DNA of 64,000 nt from an uncultured Actinomycetota bacterium (GCA_963829525.1 CAWHIJ010000003.1:768001-832000); one strand, 5' to 3'; counted from the first letter of the stretch, positions 11,541-24,068 are shown. Numbers and translations are program-made. Notes: a model not told the origin generated them from the letters alone.

Positions 11541-12481
11541 TGTCCACCAACGAGTTCGACGCCGTTGCGGTGCAGCAGGACGCTGCATCGGTCCATGCTC
11601 TTGCCACCCGGGCCTTCGGCGAAGTGGACATGAACGACCCGGCCGTGGCTCTTCTCGCAGCCTGGGTCGCCCAGATCGATGACGGCGTCGATGAGGTGGC
11701 GCAGTTCGTGATGCCCCAGAACGGCTCATCTGGGCCGTCACCGGTTGCCATCTCGGCACCCCGGGGGCGACGCGCGGCCTTGATCGCAGGCTCCGCCGCC
11801 TTTGCCCTTGTCGTGTCCGGAGGCGCAGCGGCAGCGGTGACCGGAGATCCATTGGCGGCAGTCCGGGCACCACTCCACGCCTTGGGGGAGCTAAACCCCT
11901 TCGCCGACGCCGTTACGAACGCGCGGGAGCGCCTTCCGCTGAGCGCTCCGACCACGGCCAACGCCAACAAGCTGTTGGCCGGTGCCCAGCGAGCGATGGC
12001 CCAGGGGCGAACCTCAGAGGCACAAAAGCTCATCGCGGAGGCGGAGGCGCTGCTGGGGGGCACAGCCAATCCAGGCCAGCTGAACCGGCTGGAAAAGCTC
12101 AAGGACAAGGTTGCGGGGCACAGCGACCCGAAGGGCAAGGGCCTGGCCAATGCGCCGGGCAAGGGGCAGAGCGACCCGAAGGGCAAGGGCCTGGCCAATG
12201 CGCCGGGCAAGGGGCAGAGCGACCCGAAGGGCAAGGGCCTGGCCAATGCGCCGGGCAAGGGGCAGAGCGACCCGTTGGGCAAGGGCCCGGTTGACAAGGC
12301 CGGCAGCCAGCAGTCAGGTGGGTCATCGGGTGGTGGATCAACCCAACCGCCCAAGGACGAAACCTCGAGCCAAGGCCAGGGTCCTGGCTCGGAGAAGAGC
12401 ATGGACACCGGCGGTGCCAAGGAATCAGTGCCTGGATCGACCCATTCTGAGAAGGCGTCGGAATCAAAGGCCGGAGGCTGA
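11537..12481 (+). CDS. Putative membrane anti-sigma factor (RsdA-like) with repeat-containing extracytoplasmic tail
   Basis: Overlaps the sigma stop (GTGA); N-terminal [10 protein letters not shown], one TM helix, low-complexity G/K/P/S tail. Confidence 0.65.
   Translation: MMSTNEFDAVAVQQDAASVHALATRAFGEVDMNDPAVALLAAWVAQIDDGVDEVAQFVMPQNGSSGPSPVAISAPRGRRAALIAGSAAFALVVSGGAAAAVTGDPLAAVRAPLHALGELNPFADAVTNARERLPLSAPTTANANKLLAGAQRAMAQGRTSEAQKLIAEAEALLGGTANPGQLNRLEKLKDKVAGHSDPKGKGLANAPGKGQSDPKGKGLANAPGKGQSDPKGKGLANAPGKGQSDPLGKGPVDKAGSQQSGGSSGGGSTQPPKDETSSQGQGPGSEKSMDTGGAKESVPGSTHSEKASESKAGG
12122..12288 (+). repeat. 48-bp tandem repeat, three perfect copies plus a partial ([16 protein letters not shown])
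   Basis: AGCGACCCGAAGGGCAAGGGCCTGGCCAATGCGCCGGGCAAGGGGCAG at 12122, 12170, 12218; partial at 12266. Confidence 0.97.
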
Positions 12482-12529
12482 CCGGCGCCCCTCCGTAGCA
12501 CCGGGATCGGTCCGAGCGGGGCTCGGTAG

Positions 12530-14116
<1,587 letters not shown>

Positions 14117-14130
14117 GGGAGAGTCTCAGC

Positions 14131-15240
14131 ATGAGTGAGCTGGAGATCGGACGCGGTAAGCGCGGTCGCTCGGCATGGCGATTCGACGACATCGCCATCG
14201 TCCCGCATCGGCGTACCCGCGACCCGCAGGAGATCTCGATCGCCTGGCAGATCGATGCCTACCGTTTCGAGCTGCCGCTGATGGCCGCACCTATGGACTC
14301 CGTTGTCTCGCCGGCCACCGCCATCACAATCGGCAAGCTTGGCGGGGTGGGCGTCCTCAATCTCGAAGGACTCTGGACGCGGTACGACGACCCCGCTCCG
14401 CTGTTGGCTGAGATCGCTGAGCTACATGACCACGAAGTGACCCGGCGGATGCAGAATCTCTATGACGAGCCGATCCGAGAGGATCTGATCGTTCAGCGAA
14501 TTGCCGAGGTCCGTGACGCAGGCGTCATCACCGCTGCGGCCCTCTCGCCCCAGCGCACCAAACAGCTCTGGAAGACGGTGGTCGACGCCGGTATCGACCT
14601 CTTCGTCATTCGCGGAACGACCGTCTCGGCTGAGCACGTGTCGAGCCAATCCGAGCCACTCAACCTCAAGCAGTTCATCTACGAGCTCGATGTTCCCGTT
14701 GTGGTCGGCGGCGTGGCTACCTACACGGCCGCTTTGCATCTCATGCGGACTGGAGCAGCTGGCGTCCTTGTCGGCTTTGGCGGTGGCGCGGCGCACACCA
14801 CCCGCGATGTGCTTGGCGTGGCAGTTCCGATGGCTACTGCAGTGGCGGATGTGGCGGCGGCGCGGCGTGACTACATGGATGAGTCCGGCGGACGCTACGT
14901 GCACGTCATTGCTGACGGTGGGGTCGGCAAGAGTGGCGACATTGCCAAGGCCATCGCCTGTGGGGCTGACGCCGTCATGATGGGGTCCCCGCTGGCAAGG
15001 GCCACCGATGCGCCAGGTTCGGGCTGGCACTGGGGCACCGAGGCGCATCACCACCTGCTGCCTCGGGGGGAGCGCGTTCGAGTGGGGGCCGTCGGCACGC
15101 TCGAGGAGGTACTTGTGGGTCCGTCGCGTACCTCTGATGGGTCGATGAACCTGTTCGGCGCTTTGCGACGCGCAATGGCCACGACTGGGTACTCCGACTT
15201 GAAGGAGTTTCAGCGCGTCGAGGTCACTGTCCTTCCCTAA
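14131..15240 (+). CDS. guaB3: GuaB3-family IMP dehydrogenase-related protein
   Basis: EIGRGKRGR, RRTRDP, IRGTTVSAEHVS, TTGYSDLKEFQRVE. Confidence 0.93.
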   Translation: MSELEIGRGKRGRSAWRFDDIAIVPHRRTRDPQEISIAWQIDAYRFELPLMAAPMDSVVSPATAITIGKLGGVGVLNLEGLWTRYDDPAPLLAEIAELHDHEVTRRMQNLYDEPIREDLIVQRIAEVRDAGVITAAALSPQRTKQLWKTVVDAGIDLFVIRGTTVSAEHVSSQSEPLNLKQFIYELDVPVVVGGVATYTAALHLMRTGAAGVLVGFGGGAAHTTRDVLGVAVPMATAVADVAAARRDYMDESGGRYVHVIADGGVGKSGDIAKAIACGADAVMMGSPLARATDAPGSGWHWGTEAHHHLLPRGERVRVGAVGTLEEVLVGPSRTSDGSMNLFGALRRAMATTGYSDLKEFQRVEVTVLP

Positions 15241-15252
15241 CCGCGGTAGGGC

Positions 15253-17034
15253 TCAGTCCTCATCGCGCCAGGAGCGCCACAGAGCCGCGTAGGCGCCATC
15301 TGCGGCAACGAGCTCGTCGTGGCTTCCTGACTCGGTGATGTTTCCCTCCTCGACGACGACAACGCGCTTCGCGTCGTGCGCCGTCATCAGGCGGTGCGCG
15401 ATCGCGATGACGGTGCGGCCCTCAAGGACGGCAGCCAGTGACTGCTCGAGGTGACGCGCAGCCCGCGGGTCGAGGAGTGAGGTGGCCTCGTCGAGCACGA
15501 GGGTGTGCGGGTCGGCCAGCACGAGGCGGGCCAGTGCCAGCTGTTGTGCCTGTGCTGGGGTCAGCTTGTGGCGGCCGGTCCCCACTTCGGTGAGCAGTCC
15601 CCGTTCCAGCGCGTGAGCCCAATCAGCGGCGTCGACCGAGCCGAGCGCTTCCCAGAGCTGGGTGTCAGACGCGTCAGGTCGCGCGAGCAGTAGGTTGTCA
15701 CGAAGTGTTCCGATGAAGACGTGGTGCTCTTGCGTGACCAGAGCAACGTGGCGCCGCACCTTCTCGGTGGGCAGCGAGGCCAGCGCGACACCGCCCATGT
15801 CGATGGTTCCCGTGCGCGGAGCGTGCAGACCGGCCAGCAGGCGCCCCAGAGTCGACTTTCCGGCGCCCGAGGGCCCGACGATCGCGACACGATCACCTGG
15901 CTCGATGTCCATGCTGACTCCGTGAAGCACGTCACGGCCCTCGCGATACCCGTATCGGACGTCGTGCGCGTGCAGGTCGGCAGCTTGCGGCTCATGAGTA
16001 CCGTCGGTCACGGGGTCAGGAACATCGTGCACTCCGATCAGTCGCGCCATCGAGGCTTGACCGACCTGCAGCTCGTCGTACCACATCAAGACGATGTCAA
16101 CCGGCTCGATGAGCATCTGCGTGTACAGCACAGCTGCGGTGACCTGGGCGAGACTCACCTGCCCGTCGATGTAGAGCCACCCACCGAGCGCGAGCACCGC
16201 CGCAAGCGGGAGAACGTAGGAGATCTCGATCGACGGGAAGAAGACCGTGCGCAGGTAGAGGGTGTAGCGCTCCCAACTGATCCAGCGCTTGATGGCCTTG
16301 TCGGTGCGACGGACCCGCGCGTCACCGAGCCGGTAGGCCTCGACCGTTCGACCGGCGTCGACCGTCTCGGCGATTCCTGCGTTGACGGCTGCGTACGAGG
16401 ACATCTCATGCCGGTAGGCGTATGGCGCTCGTTTGAAGTACCAACGTGTCACCACCACGATCACGGGCACGGCGAACAGCCATGACACTGCGAGGATGGG
16501 AGCGGTTAGAACCAGAGCTGCAAAGACCAGTGTGGCGGTGACCAACGCGATGGCGATCTCGGGAACCGCCAGTCGAACCGCCCACGAGAGCCGGTCGACG
16601 TCGGTGGTTGTCCGAGTGACGAGGTCACCAGTCCCGGCCCTCTCGACGACGCCGGGAGGGAGGGCTACGACGCGGGTGAGGAAATCTTCGCGCAGGTCGG
16701 CGAGGATCGATTCCCCGAGCACCGCGCCCCGGATGCGAGCCCATCGGGTGAACGCAGTCTGCACCAGGAGTGCGAAGAGGAAGATGAGAGCAGCCTTGTT
16801 GACGTAGGCGTTGTCGACTCCCGTACCGATCTTCTCGACCAGACCACCTAATACCTGCGGTCCGACGATCGAGGCGGCGGCGGCGACGGCGTTGAGGCCG
16901 ACGAGGGCGAAGAAGAGTCCCCGGTTGCGCCGCAGCAGCGTGAGGACGTACTTGCGGACCGACTCGGGGCTGGAGACGGGCAGTTTGCCCTCAGTGCTCT
17001 TCTCGGTCTGAGCCAGTGACTCGGGGGGCTTCAC
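15253..17034 (-). CDS. ABC exporter, fused TMD-NBD (heterodimer partner 2)
   Basis: TM domain, GPSGAGKST, degenerate signature LTPAQ, LVLDEATS, AHRL. Confidence 0.93.
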   Translation of the reverse strand: MKPPESLAQTEKSTEGKLPVSSPESVRKYVLTLLRRNRGLFFALVGLNAVAAAASIVGPQVLGGLVEKIGTGVDNAYVNKAALIFLFALLVQTAFTRWARIRGAVLGESILADLREDFLTRVVALPPGVVERAGTGDLVTRTTTDVDRLSWAVRLAVPEIAIALVTATLVFAALVLTAPILAVSWLFAVPVIVVVTRWYFKRAPYAYRHEMSSYAAVNAGIAETVDAGRTVEAYRLGDARVRRTDKAIKRWISWERYTLYLRTVFFPSIEISYVLPLAAVLALGGWLYIDGQVSLAQVTAAVLYTQMLIEPVDIVLMWYDELQVGQASMARLIGVHDVPDPVTDGTHEPQAADLHAHDVRYGYREGRDVLHGVSMDIEPGDRVAIVGPSGAGKSTLGRLLAGLHAPRTGTIDMGGVALASLPTEKVRRHVALVTQEHHVFIGTLRDNLLLARPDASDTQLWEALGSVDAADWAHALERGLLTEVGTGRHKLTPAQAQQLALARLVLADPHTLVLDEATSLLDPRAARHLEQSLAAVLEGRTVIAIAHRLMTAHDAKRVVVVEEGNITESGSHDELVAADGAYAALWRSWRDED

Positions 17035-18743
17035 GCGTCCTCCCCCCGTGTAACCGTCCAGCGGTAGTCAGCGTTCTCGCGCAGCAGTTGGCGGTGATGC
17101 CCAGTGGCTTGGATGCGGCCGTCCTTGAGGAAGGCGACGATATCGACGTGCTCAAGGAGCAGCGGGCTGGTGGTGAAGACCACGGTGGTCCGCCCAGCTC
17201 TGGCATCGCGCAGCCCGAGCCCAATGCGCGCCTCTGTGTGGGCGTCGACGGCGCTGGTCGGCTCATCGAGGATCAGTACCTCGGGGTCGGCAACGAGTGA
17301 CCGGGCCAGCGCCAGCCGCTGCCGCTGGCCCCCGGAAAGTGAACGGCCACGCTCGGGCAGGTCGGTGGCCAGGCCGTCGGGCAGTGCATCGACGACGTCG
17401 AGCGCTGACGCCGATGCCAGCGCGTCCGCCACCTCCACGCGACCGGTGCGGGGGATGTCGAAGAGGTCTTCGGCTGCTCCGGACAAGATCATGGGGTCCT
17501 TGTCCTGCACCAGGACGCGTTCACGAACGGTCAGAAGCGGCAGGTCCTCGACCGGTGTCCCATCGAGCGAGACGTTCGACTCGCGGTAGCGTCCCAGCCG
17601 GTCGATCAGTACCTCGGAGGCGTCAGGGTCGTCGGTCACGATCGCGGTCAGCTGACCCGGTGCGATAACGAGGCCGGTCAGAGGGTCAGTGATCTCACCG
17701 GCATTCGAAATGGGGGCTGGCGCCGTCGCCTCGTCCCCCTCGTCGAACATGCGCTCAAGGGTCATCACGGTGATCACGCGGGCTGAAGCCACGCGCGCGG
17801 CGGTGAACTTGTGCGCCGCCTCGGTGACTGTGCGCAGCGGCAACACGAGGAACGCGGTGTACCCGTAGAACGCGACGAGCTGTCCGACGGTCAGTTCACC
17901 TTGCAGGGCCAAACGCGCACCCAGCCAGGTGACGATGACCACGAACAGACCAGGAAGAAAGACCTGCATCGCGTCGAGAAGAGCACGGATGCGGGCGGTC
18001 CGAACAGCTGCGGCCTGCACCTTCTTCGACTCCGCCTGAAAGCGGGCCAGGAACAGATCCTCGCCGCCGATGCCGCGAAGCACGCGCAGACCGGCGACCG
18101 TATCGGCGGCAAGCTCTTGAGTCAGGCCGAGGTGCACGCGCTGCTCGCGTTCGCGCCTCTCGAGTGGGCGCACCAGTGGCGCCACTGCCAGGGAAAGCAA
18201 GGGAACACCGACCAGCACGATGATCCCGAGGGTGGCGTTGCTGGCGATCAAGATGGCGGCGACCACGAAGAACGCGATGATGGCCCCGACCATGCGGGGC
18301 AAGATGTCGAGCGCATTGCCGATCCGCTCGACGTCGTTGGCCGAAGCGGCCACGACCTCACCGGTGGCGACCTGCTTCGGCAGATCGGCCCCGAGGTGGG
18401 TGGCACGCCTGATGAGCAGCTGTTGAACGCGTGTTCCGGCAGTGACCCAGTTGGCCACGGCGTATCGGTGACGGACGAGCCCGGCGCCGGCTTGGACCAC
18501 TCCAAGGACCAGGACAACGCCGGCCCACTGGAGCGCTTTGGCCTCGTCCTTGTCGGAAATTGCCTGGATCCCGGCACCGAGAGCACCGGGGATCAGCGCC
18601 TGGCCCACCATCCAGATCACGCCCCAGACCACGCCCAGCGCCAGGAGTTTCTTCTGCTGGCGTCCGATCCACAGCAGAAAGCGCCCAGGCGTCGTGAGGA
18701 CAGGGTCGCCGGGGTCGGAGTGAGGGAGGTTGTCGAGCAGCAT
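17031..18743 (-). CDS. ABC exporter, fused TMD-NBD (heterodimer partner 1, degenerate Walker A)
   Basis: TM domain, LSGGQRQR, ILDEPTSAVD; Walker A not conserved. Confidence 0.92.
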   Translation of the reverse strand: MLLDNLPHSDPGDPVLTTPGRFLLWIGRQQKKLLALGVVWGVIWMVGQALIPGALGAGIQAISDKDEAKALQWAGVVLVLGVVQAGAGLVRHRYAVANWVTAGTRVQQLLIRRATHLGADLPKQVATGEVVAASANDVERIGNALDILPRMVGAIIAFFVVAAILIASNATLGIIVLVGVPLLSLAVAPLVRPLERREREQRVHLGLTQELAADTVAGLRVLRGIGGEDLFLARFQAESKKVQAAAVRTARIRALLDAMQVFLPGLFVVIVTWLGARLALQGELTVGQLVAFYGYTAFLVLPLRTVTEAAHKFTAARVASARVITVMTLERMFDEGDEATAPAPISNAGEITDPLTGLVIAPGQLTAIVTDDPDASEVLIDRLGRYRESNVSLDGTPVEDLPLLTVRERVLVQDKDPMILSGAAEDLFDIPRTGRVEVADALASASALDVVDALPDGLATDLPERGRSLSGGQRQRLALARSLVADPEVLILDEPTSAVDAHTEARIGLGLRDARAGRTTVVFTTSPLLLEHVDIVAFLKDGRIQATGHHRQLLRENADYRWTVTRGEDA

Positions 18744-18834
18744 GTCGACCCCACGCTAGGGGAGAGGACCGTCACGGGGCCATCCACTTTCCCGGCCGCA
18801 AGGGGTGACATTCGCGCGTCGGTAGGATCGGCGG

Positions 18835-20411
18835 GTGACAGCGGAGAGTTTTGACACCGTCCTCGTCGTCGACTTCGGCGCCCAGTACGCCCAGTTGATC
18901 GCACGCCGAGTGCGCGAGGCCAGGGTCTACAGCGAGATCGTTCCGCACACCATGTCGGTGACCGAGATGCTCGCCAAGCGTCCGGCGGCGATCATCCTCT
19001 CCGGGGGGCCCGAGCAGCGTCTACGCCGATGGCGCGCCGCAGGTCGACGCCGCTCTCTTCCGTTCGGGCGTTCCGACGTTCGGGATCTGCTACGGCTTTC
19101 AGGCCATGGCTCAGGCACTTGGTGGCGAGGTCGCGAGGACTGGTACCTCGGAGTTCGGTGGAACTCCGCTCAACGTCGTCGATCGCGAGTCGGCTCTGTT
19201 CGCGGACCTGCCGAATGAGCTCTCGGTATGGATGTCCCACGGGGACTCAGTGACAGTTGCGCCGGCAGGCTTCGCGGTCTCGGCCATGAGCGAGGGCGCT
19301 CCTGTCGCAGCCTTCGAGAGCGTCGATCAGCGTATGGCCGGCGTGCAGTTCCACCCAGAGGTGATGCACTCCCAGCACGGCCAGCAGGTGCTCGAGCACT
19401 TCCTGTTCGAGATCGCCGGGTGTCGTCCCACCTGGACGATGAGCAACGTGATCGACGAGCAGGTCGAGCTGATCCGCGCACAGGTGGGCAACAAGCTCGT
19501 CATCTGCGGTCTCTCCGGCGGCGTCGACTCAGCAGTGGCCGCTGCCTTGGTGCAGCGAGCCATCGGCGACCAGCTCACCTGCGTCTTCGTCAACCACGGC
19601 CTCTTGCGAGCCGGCGAGGCCGAGCAGGTCGAGAAGGACTTCGTGTCCGCGACGGGCGTTCGGCTCGAAGGTGGTCGACGCCGAACGTCGCTTCCTGGAC
19701 GCACTCGCTGGAGTTGTCGATCCCGAGCAGAAGCGCAAGGTGATCGGACGCGAGTTCATCCGCGTCTTCGAGGATGCGGCGGCTGAGGTCGTCGCTGAGG
19801 CTGGCGCTCACGGGCAGCAGGTGGAGTTCCTCGTGCAGGGGACTCTCTACCCAGACGTCGTCGAGAGCGGTGGAGGCACCGGCACGGCGAACATCAAGAG
19901 CCACCACAACGTGGGCGGGCTGCCCGAGGATCTGCAGTTCCAGCTCGTCGAGCCGCTTCGGGCACTCTTCAAGGACGAGGTGCGGGCCGTTGGCGAGCAG
20001 CTGGACCTTCCGGCCGAGATCGTCTGGCGTCATCCGTTCCCGGGGCCGGGGCTCGGGATCCGGATCATCGGCGAGGTCACCCATGACCGCCTAGAAACGC
20101 TGCGCGCAGCCGATGCGATCGCACGCGAAGAGCTCACACGCGCCGGGCTCGACGGCGACGTCTGGCAGTTCCCCGTTGTTTTACTGGGCGACGTTCGTTC
20201 GGTCGGCGTCCAGGGAGACGGCCGCACCTACGGCCACCCGGTGGTGCTGCGACCGGTTTCGAGTGAGGACGCTATGACGGCGGACTGGTCGCGACTTCCG
20301 TATGAAGTGATCGCCAAGATCTCCACGCGGATCACCAATGAGGTTCGCGAGATCAACCGGGTCGTCCTGGACGTGACGAGCAAACCACCCGGCACCATCG
20401 AGTGGGAGTAG
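18835..20411 (+). CDS. guaA: GMP synthase (glutamine-hydrolysing), two apparent frameshifts near 19010 and 19668
   Basis: [48 protein letters not shown] across three ORFs. Confidence 0.97.
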
Positions 20412-20502
20412 TCCAGCAAGGCTCCCTGCGGCTGGGCGGCGTCGCGCTCTAACCAGAGCCCCGTCCTCCCGCCGTGGAGGGTTGTTCAGCCTCACAGGCT
20501 CC

Positions 20503-21000
20503 TCAGTGGTAAGGCGGAAGTGACCTGTGCCCGCGCCAGGGCATCGACTCAGGCTTGTGACTTCCTGTGAAGACGTAGCGGGCGCGGTGGAATATCCGGT
20601 AGCCGTCGGTTCTCCAGACTCCCCTCAAGGTGACTCGTACCCGGTACGAGTGGAACGTCCCCGAAACGCAACTCGGGTCGCAGTCATTGACCAACTCTCG
20701 ACCGACTGCCCGTGCCGTGAAGGGTCCCCAAGAACGCCACCGCAGTCGGCGATACTGGTCGCCGCCGTCTGCACAGGTGAGCATTATGCGCCTCGGACGC
20801 ACTGTCGGTGGCCACATGCAGTCGGCTTGCACTCGGGTGACCTTCGCCATCGCCGCTATCGGCAAACCCGCAGTCATCGCACTGCCCTTCCCCGGCCCAG
20901 CTGAAGAGGAATACGAAGGGGCGGCCAGGTTGAGTGACAACATCAGCACCGCAAGTACCGCAAGCACCGTGGCCCGAGCAACAAGGGCGATGCGTGACAT
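20503..21000 (-). CDS. Secreted hypothetical protein with Cys pairs
   Basis: Signal peptide MSRIALVARATVLAVLAVL; VRPRRIMLTCADG...LRWRSWG...VNDCDPSCVSG pattern of small actinobacterial secreted proteins; RBS GGAGG. Confidence 0.7.
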   Translation of the reverse strand: MSRIALVARATVLAVLAVLMLSLNLAAPSYSSSAGPGKGSAMTAGLPIAAMAKVTRVQADCMWPPTVRPRRIMLTCADGGDQYRRLRWRSWGPFTARAVGRELVNDCDPSCVSGTFHSYRVRVTLRGVWRTDGYRIFHRARYVFTGSHKPESMPWRGHRSLPPYH

Positions 21001-21097
21001 GGTGACGCCTCCTTCCGCTGCGGTAGCCCGCCGCAGACTCCATTCAACTGGCGGGAAGAGCCACTTAGTAGAGAACCAGGTCCCTTCCATAGTGGGG

Positions 21098-21124
21098 CTC
21101 AAGGTGTTCACCCGAATGGCCGAT
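21098..21124 (+). promoter_or_regulatory. Putative sigma28/FliA/WhiG-type promoter upstream of chemoreceptor 1
   Basis: CTCA-N17-GCCGAT. Confidence 0.65.
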
Positions 21125-21182
21125 CCCTGTCCTGATCAAGCGTCAGATAGCGCCGTTTCGGGGACGGCACAGGGGAGTGGGC

Positions 21183-23264
21183 ATGACTCGTCGTTCGTTG
21201 CGCGTGGTTGCGCTGACCCTTGGGCTGTCCCTAACAGCCCTAGGCACCGGCCTCCTCTTCCTCGGGGTCCGTGAGTCAGCCCAGACCGCGACCGACCTCG
21301 ACCAGCAGCTAACGAGAGCCTCCGAAGGCTCGGCCGTCCTGCTGTCGGAGTTCTTCGACCGCGCGGTCGGCTCGGATCTGCAGCTTGCTGCCGAACCCTC
21401 GTTCCAGAACGTCTACGAGGCACCCGGGTCGCTGGCGTCGAAGGTCAGCAAGTCCATCCCCGCCCTTGCGGACTCGCACAAGAGTCTGGCCGCCATCGAG
21501 GATACTTATCCCGGCGCGGTGAGCGAAGCATGCCTCATCGACTTGGACACCGGTCGTGAGTTGGCGCGAGTGGTGAAGGGCAAGACGGCATCAGCGTCGG
21601 ACCTGTCGCTGGACGAGACTGGGGCCCAGTTCTTCAAGCCCACCTCACAGCAGCCTGTTGGCGTGCCCTACCAATCACTTCCTTACATTTCAGAGGACAC
21701 CAACCTCTGGGTGATCGCGACCGCGACTCTCGTTGAGGTGGACGGCAGGGCTGAGGCGCTTGCCCACTTCGAGGTGAGCATCGAGAGCCTTCGCCAAGCA
21801 TTAGTGGCAGCCGACGCTGGCGCTCACATCCGGGTGGTCGATGCGGCTACCGGCCAGGTGGTCATCGATGGAGATCAGGAGCAATTTCCGAAGGGTGACC
21901 TCGGCAACCCAACAGACGACACCTTCAGCGACCAGGACCTCTCGAACAGTGAGGTCGTGACTCTCGGCGGCGAGCGGGCGAGCCTGGTCCCGATGCCCGA
22001 CGGCCGGACGTTGGACGCGACCAATGCCAACCGATGGGTCGTCACGGCATCGGCCCCCAGCGTCGCGACCGGGCTCGTTGCCAACCTCACCCCTTTGATC
22101 ATTGCGCTCCTTGCGATTGGCATCCCGCTCACCATCGCCGGACTCGTCGGTGCATTTCGTGCTCGCCGTCGACGCCAGGCTGACGAGGAGCTCATTCGCG
22201 TCGAGCGTGACTCCCTCGACGCCCGCATGGAGGACCTGTCCCATGCGCTGGCCCTGGCCGCCGCCGGTGACCTGTCGGTGACGGTTGACGTCGATCTCGG
22301 CGACGAGAGGATGACTGCTCTTGCCCAGGCCTTCGACGCCACACTCACCCACCTGCGTGACCTCGTCGCCCAGGCGCAGGCCAGTGGTGAACGTCTGGCC
22401 CGATCAGCGACCGAGCTGCAGGCAACCGCCGTGCAGCAGGCTGGCGCCGCTTCCGAGCAGTCTGCGGCGGTCACCGAAACGACGGCCACCGTCGAGGAGC
22501 TTGCGGCGACCGCAGCTCAGATCGCCGACACCGCGTCGCTGGTTGCCGACTCGGCAGAGGAGACCTTGACGTTGACCAGTGAGGGTCTAAGCGCCGTGCA
22601 GGACTCGGTCTCGGCAATCGGCCGCATTACCGACACGGTCGACACGATCTCCACCAGCTCGAGCGCGCTCGGCGAAAAGGTCGGCGAGATCGGCCGAATC
22701 TTGGCCCTGATCGATGAGCTCAGTGAGCAGACCAACTTGTTGGCGCTGAACGCAGCGATCGAGGCGGCCCGCGCCGGTGAGCACGGTCGGGGGTTCGCTG
22801 TCGTCGCGGCAGAGGTACGCAAACTTGCCGAGCGAGCGCAGGAATCGACGGCGCAGATCCAGGGGCTTGTCACTGAGATCCAGGCCTACACGCAGACGAC
22901 CGTCCTGGCATCTGAGGCAGGTACTCGCGAGGCCAATCGTGGCGTCGAGGTGGCAGGAGCCGCGTCGACAGCCCTCGACCGGATCGCACAGATGGTCGAC
23001 TCGACGACTACAGCTGTTGCCGAGATCTCGGTCGCCACGCAGCAGCAGCGATCGGCGTCCGACCAGGTGGTCCAGGCGATGTCTCAGGTCGCCGACATGG
23101 CGCAGGCTTTCGCGGCTGGGTCGCAGCAGACCTCCGGCTCCGCGGCAGAGATCACCGCCCTCGCAGGTGAGTTCTCGGCGGCGATCGACCGGTTCGAGGT
23201 CACGGCAAAGCCGGACCCCGCTCGTCGGCCGGAGGTTTACCCCGTTTCGGCAGAATCTTCCTGA
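21183..23264 (+). CDS. Methyl-accepting chemotaxis protein (TM, Cache-like sensor, TM, HAMP-like, signalling domain)
   Basis: [42 protein letters not shown] hairpin tip; two TM segments flanking an extracytoplasmic domain. Confidence 0.95.
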   Translation: MTRRSLRVVALTLGLSLTALGTGLLFLGVRESAQTATDLDQQLTRASEGSAVLLSEFFDRAVGSDLQLAAEPSFQNVYEAPGSLASKVSKSIPALADSHKSLAAIEDTYPGAVSEACLIDLDTGRELARVVKGKTASASDLSLDETGAQFFKPTSQQPVGVPYQSLPYISEDTNLWVIATATLVEVDGRAEALAHFEVSIESLRQALVAADAGAHIRVVDAATGQVVIDGDQEQFPKGDLGNPTDDTFSDQDLSNSEVVTLGGERASLVPMPDGRTLDATNANRWVVTASAPSVATGLVANLTPLIIALLAIGIPLTIAGLVGAFRARRRRQADEELIRVERDSLDARMEDLSHALALAAAGDLSVTVDVDLGDERMTALAQAFDATLTHLRDLVAQAQASGERLARSATELQATAVQQAGAASEQSAAVTETTATVEELAATAAQIADTASLVADSAEETLTLTSEGLSAVQDSVSAIGRITDTVDTISTSSSALGEKVGEIGRILALIDELSEQTNLLALNAAIEAARAGEHGRGFAVVAAEVRKLAERAQESTAQIQGLVTEIQAYTQTTVLASEAGTREANRGVEVAGAASTALDRIAQMVDSTTTAVAEISVATQQQRSASDQVVQAMSQVADMAQAFAAGSQQTSGSAAEITALAGEFSAAIDRFEVTAKPDPARRPEVYPVSAESS

Positions 23265-23390
23265 ACTAGTTCCATCTAGTCCTAAAGAACTAGTCCGGGA
23301 TGTCCGATTCAATGGTTACCCCCCTTCCCAAGGGATCCCTTCCAAGCAGTTCCCACAGTTCGACAGACAGCCCCACGAAAGTCAGGTGTC

Positions 23391-23558
23391 ATGGACTGGC
23401 AGCGATTCGATTGGCCGACAATGTCCGGCGAACCGGATTCAGACTGGTTTGAGTACCTGGAGCATCATGGGTGGACCGTGAGTCCGGTGCCGACCGTGGC
23501 CCGGATTGGCTCGCGGAGCTACCTGCGATTTCTCGGCTGGCGGGCCCGCGCGGCATAA
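23391..23558 (+). CDS. Small Trp-rich hypothetical protein (55 aa), below the ORF-track cut-off
   Basis: MDWQRFDWPTMSGEPDSDWFEYLEHHGWTVSPVPTVARIGSRSYLRFLGWRARAA*; purine-rich GAAAGTCAGGTG upstream; hairpin over the stop codon. Confidence 0.45.
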   Translation: MDWQRFDWPTMSGEPDSDWFEYLEHHGWTVSPVPTVARIGSRSYLRFLGWRARAA

Positions 23559-23571
23559 GTCGTGCGGGCCC
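23542..23571 (+). terminator. 13-bp hairpin at the end of the small ORF
   Basis: GGGCCCGCGCGGC-ATAA-GTCGTGCGGGCCC with two G-U pairs. Confidence 0.55.
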
Positions 23572-23609
23572 CGCCGGGCTGAAGGGAACGGCGTGGCAGG
23601 ATCGCCGCT

Positions 23610-24068
23610 GTGGTTCAAGCAGTGCAGGACATCCAGCGCGTGGCGGCCTACGGCTTGGTGCAGCGCGAGGGCCGGCTGCTCTTGGTCCAGCTGACGAAAC
23701 GAACCCCAGCGGCTGGAGCCTGGTCGCTTCCCGGCGGAGGCATCGACCACGGAGAACACCCTGCGGACGCTGTCGTCCGTGAGCTCTACGAAGAGACGGG
23801 GCTTCGTGGACGAGTCGTCGAACTGCTCGACGTCGACTCGCACTTCCGTGAGTACTACCTCGACCAGGAGGTGCTGGAGCGGTACCACGCGGTGCGAATC
23901 CTTTACCGCGTCACGGTCGACAGTGACGGCCCGCTGGCGGTGATCGACGCGGACGGCAGCTCGGACTGTCCCACCTGGTACCCACTTGACGAGGTGCGCT
24001 CGCTGCGCTTGACGCCGATCGCCTCTCGTGGACTGCAGTTCGCCGCGGCGTCCGGCTCACTCAGCTGA
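23610..24068 (+). CDS. NUDIX hydrolase
   Basis: Nudix box GGGIDHGEHPADAVVRELYEETGL. Confidence 0.9.
   Translation: MVQAVQDIQRVAAYGLVQREGRLLLVQLTKRTPAAGAWSLPGGGIDHGEHPADAVVRELYEETGLRGRVVELLDVDSHFREYYLDQEVLERYHAVRILYRVTVDSDGPLAVIDADGSSDCPTWYPLDEVRSLRLTPIASRGLQFAAASGSLS

Noticed and set aside
12122-12288. Possible CRISPR array
   Set aside because: Repeats are contiguous without spacers, in frame within a CDS, and no cas genes are present.
20412-23609. Integrative element at the guaA 3' end (a known hotspot); faint AACCA..CCAT..AGTGGG similarity near 21074-21096
   Set aside because: No integrase, and the similarity is short and gapped; only the accessory nature of the genes is supportable.
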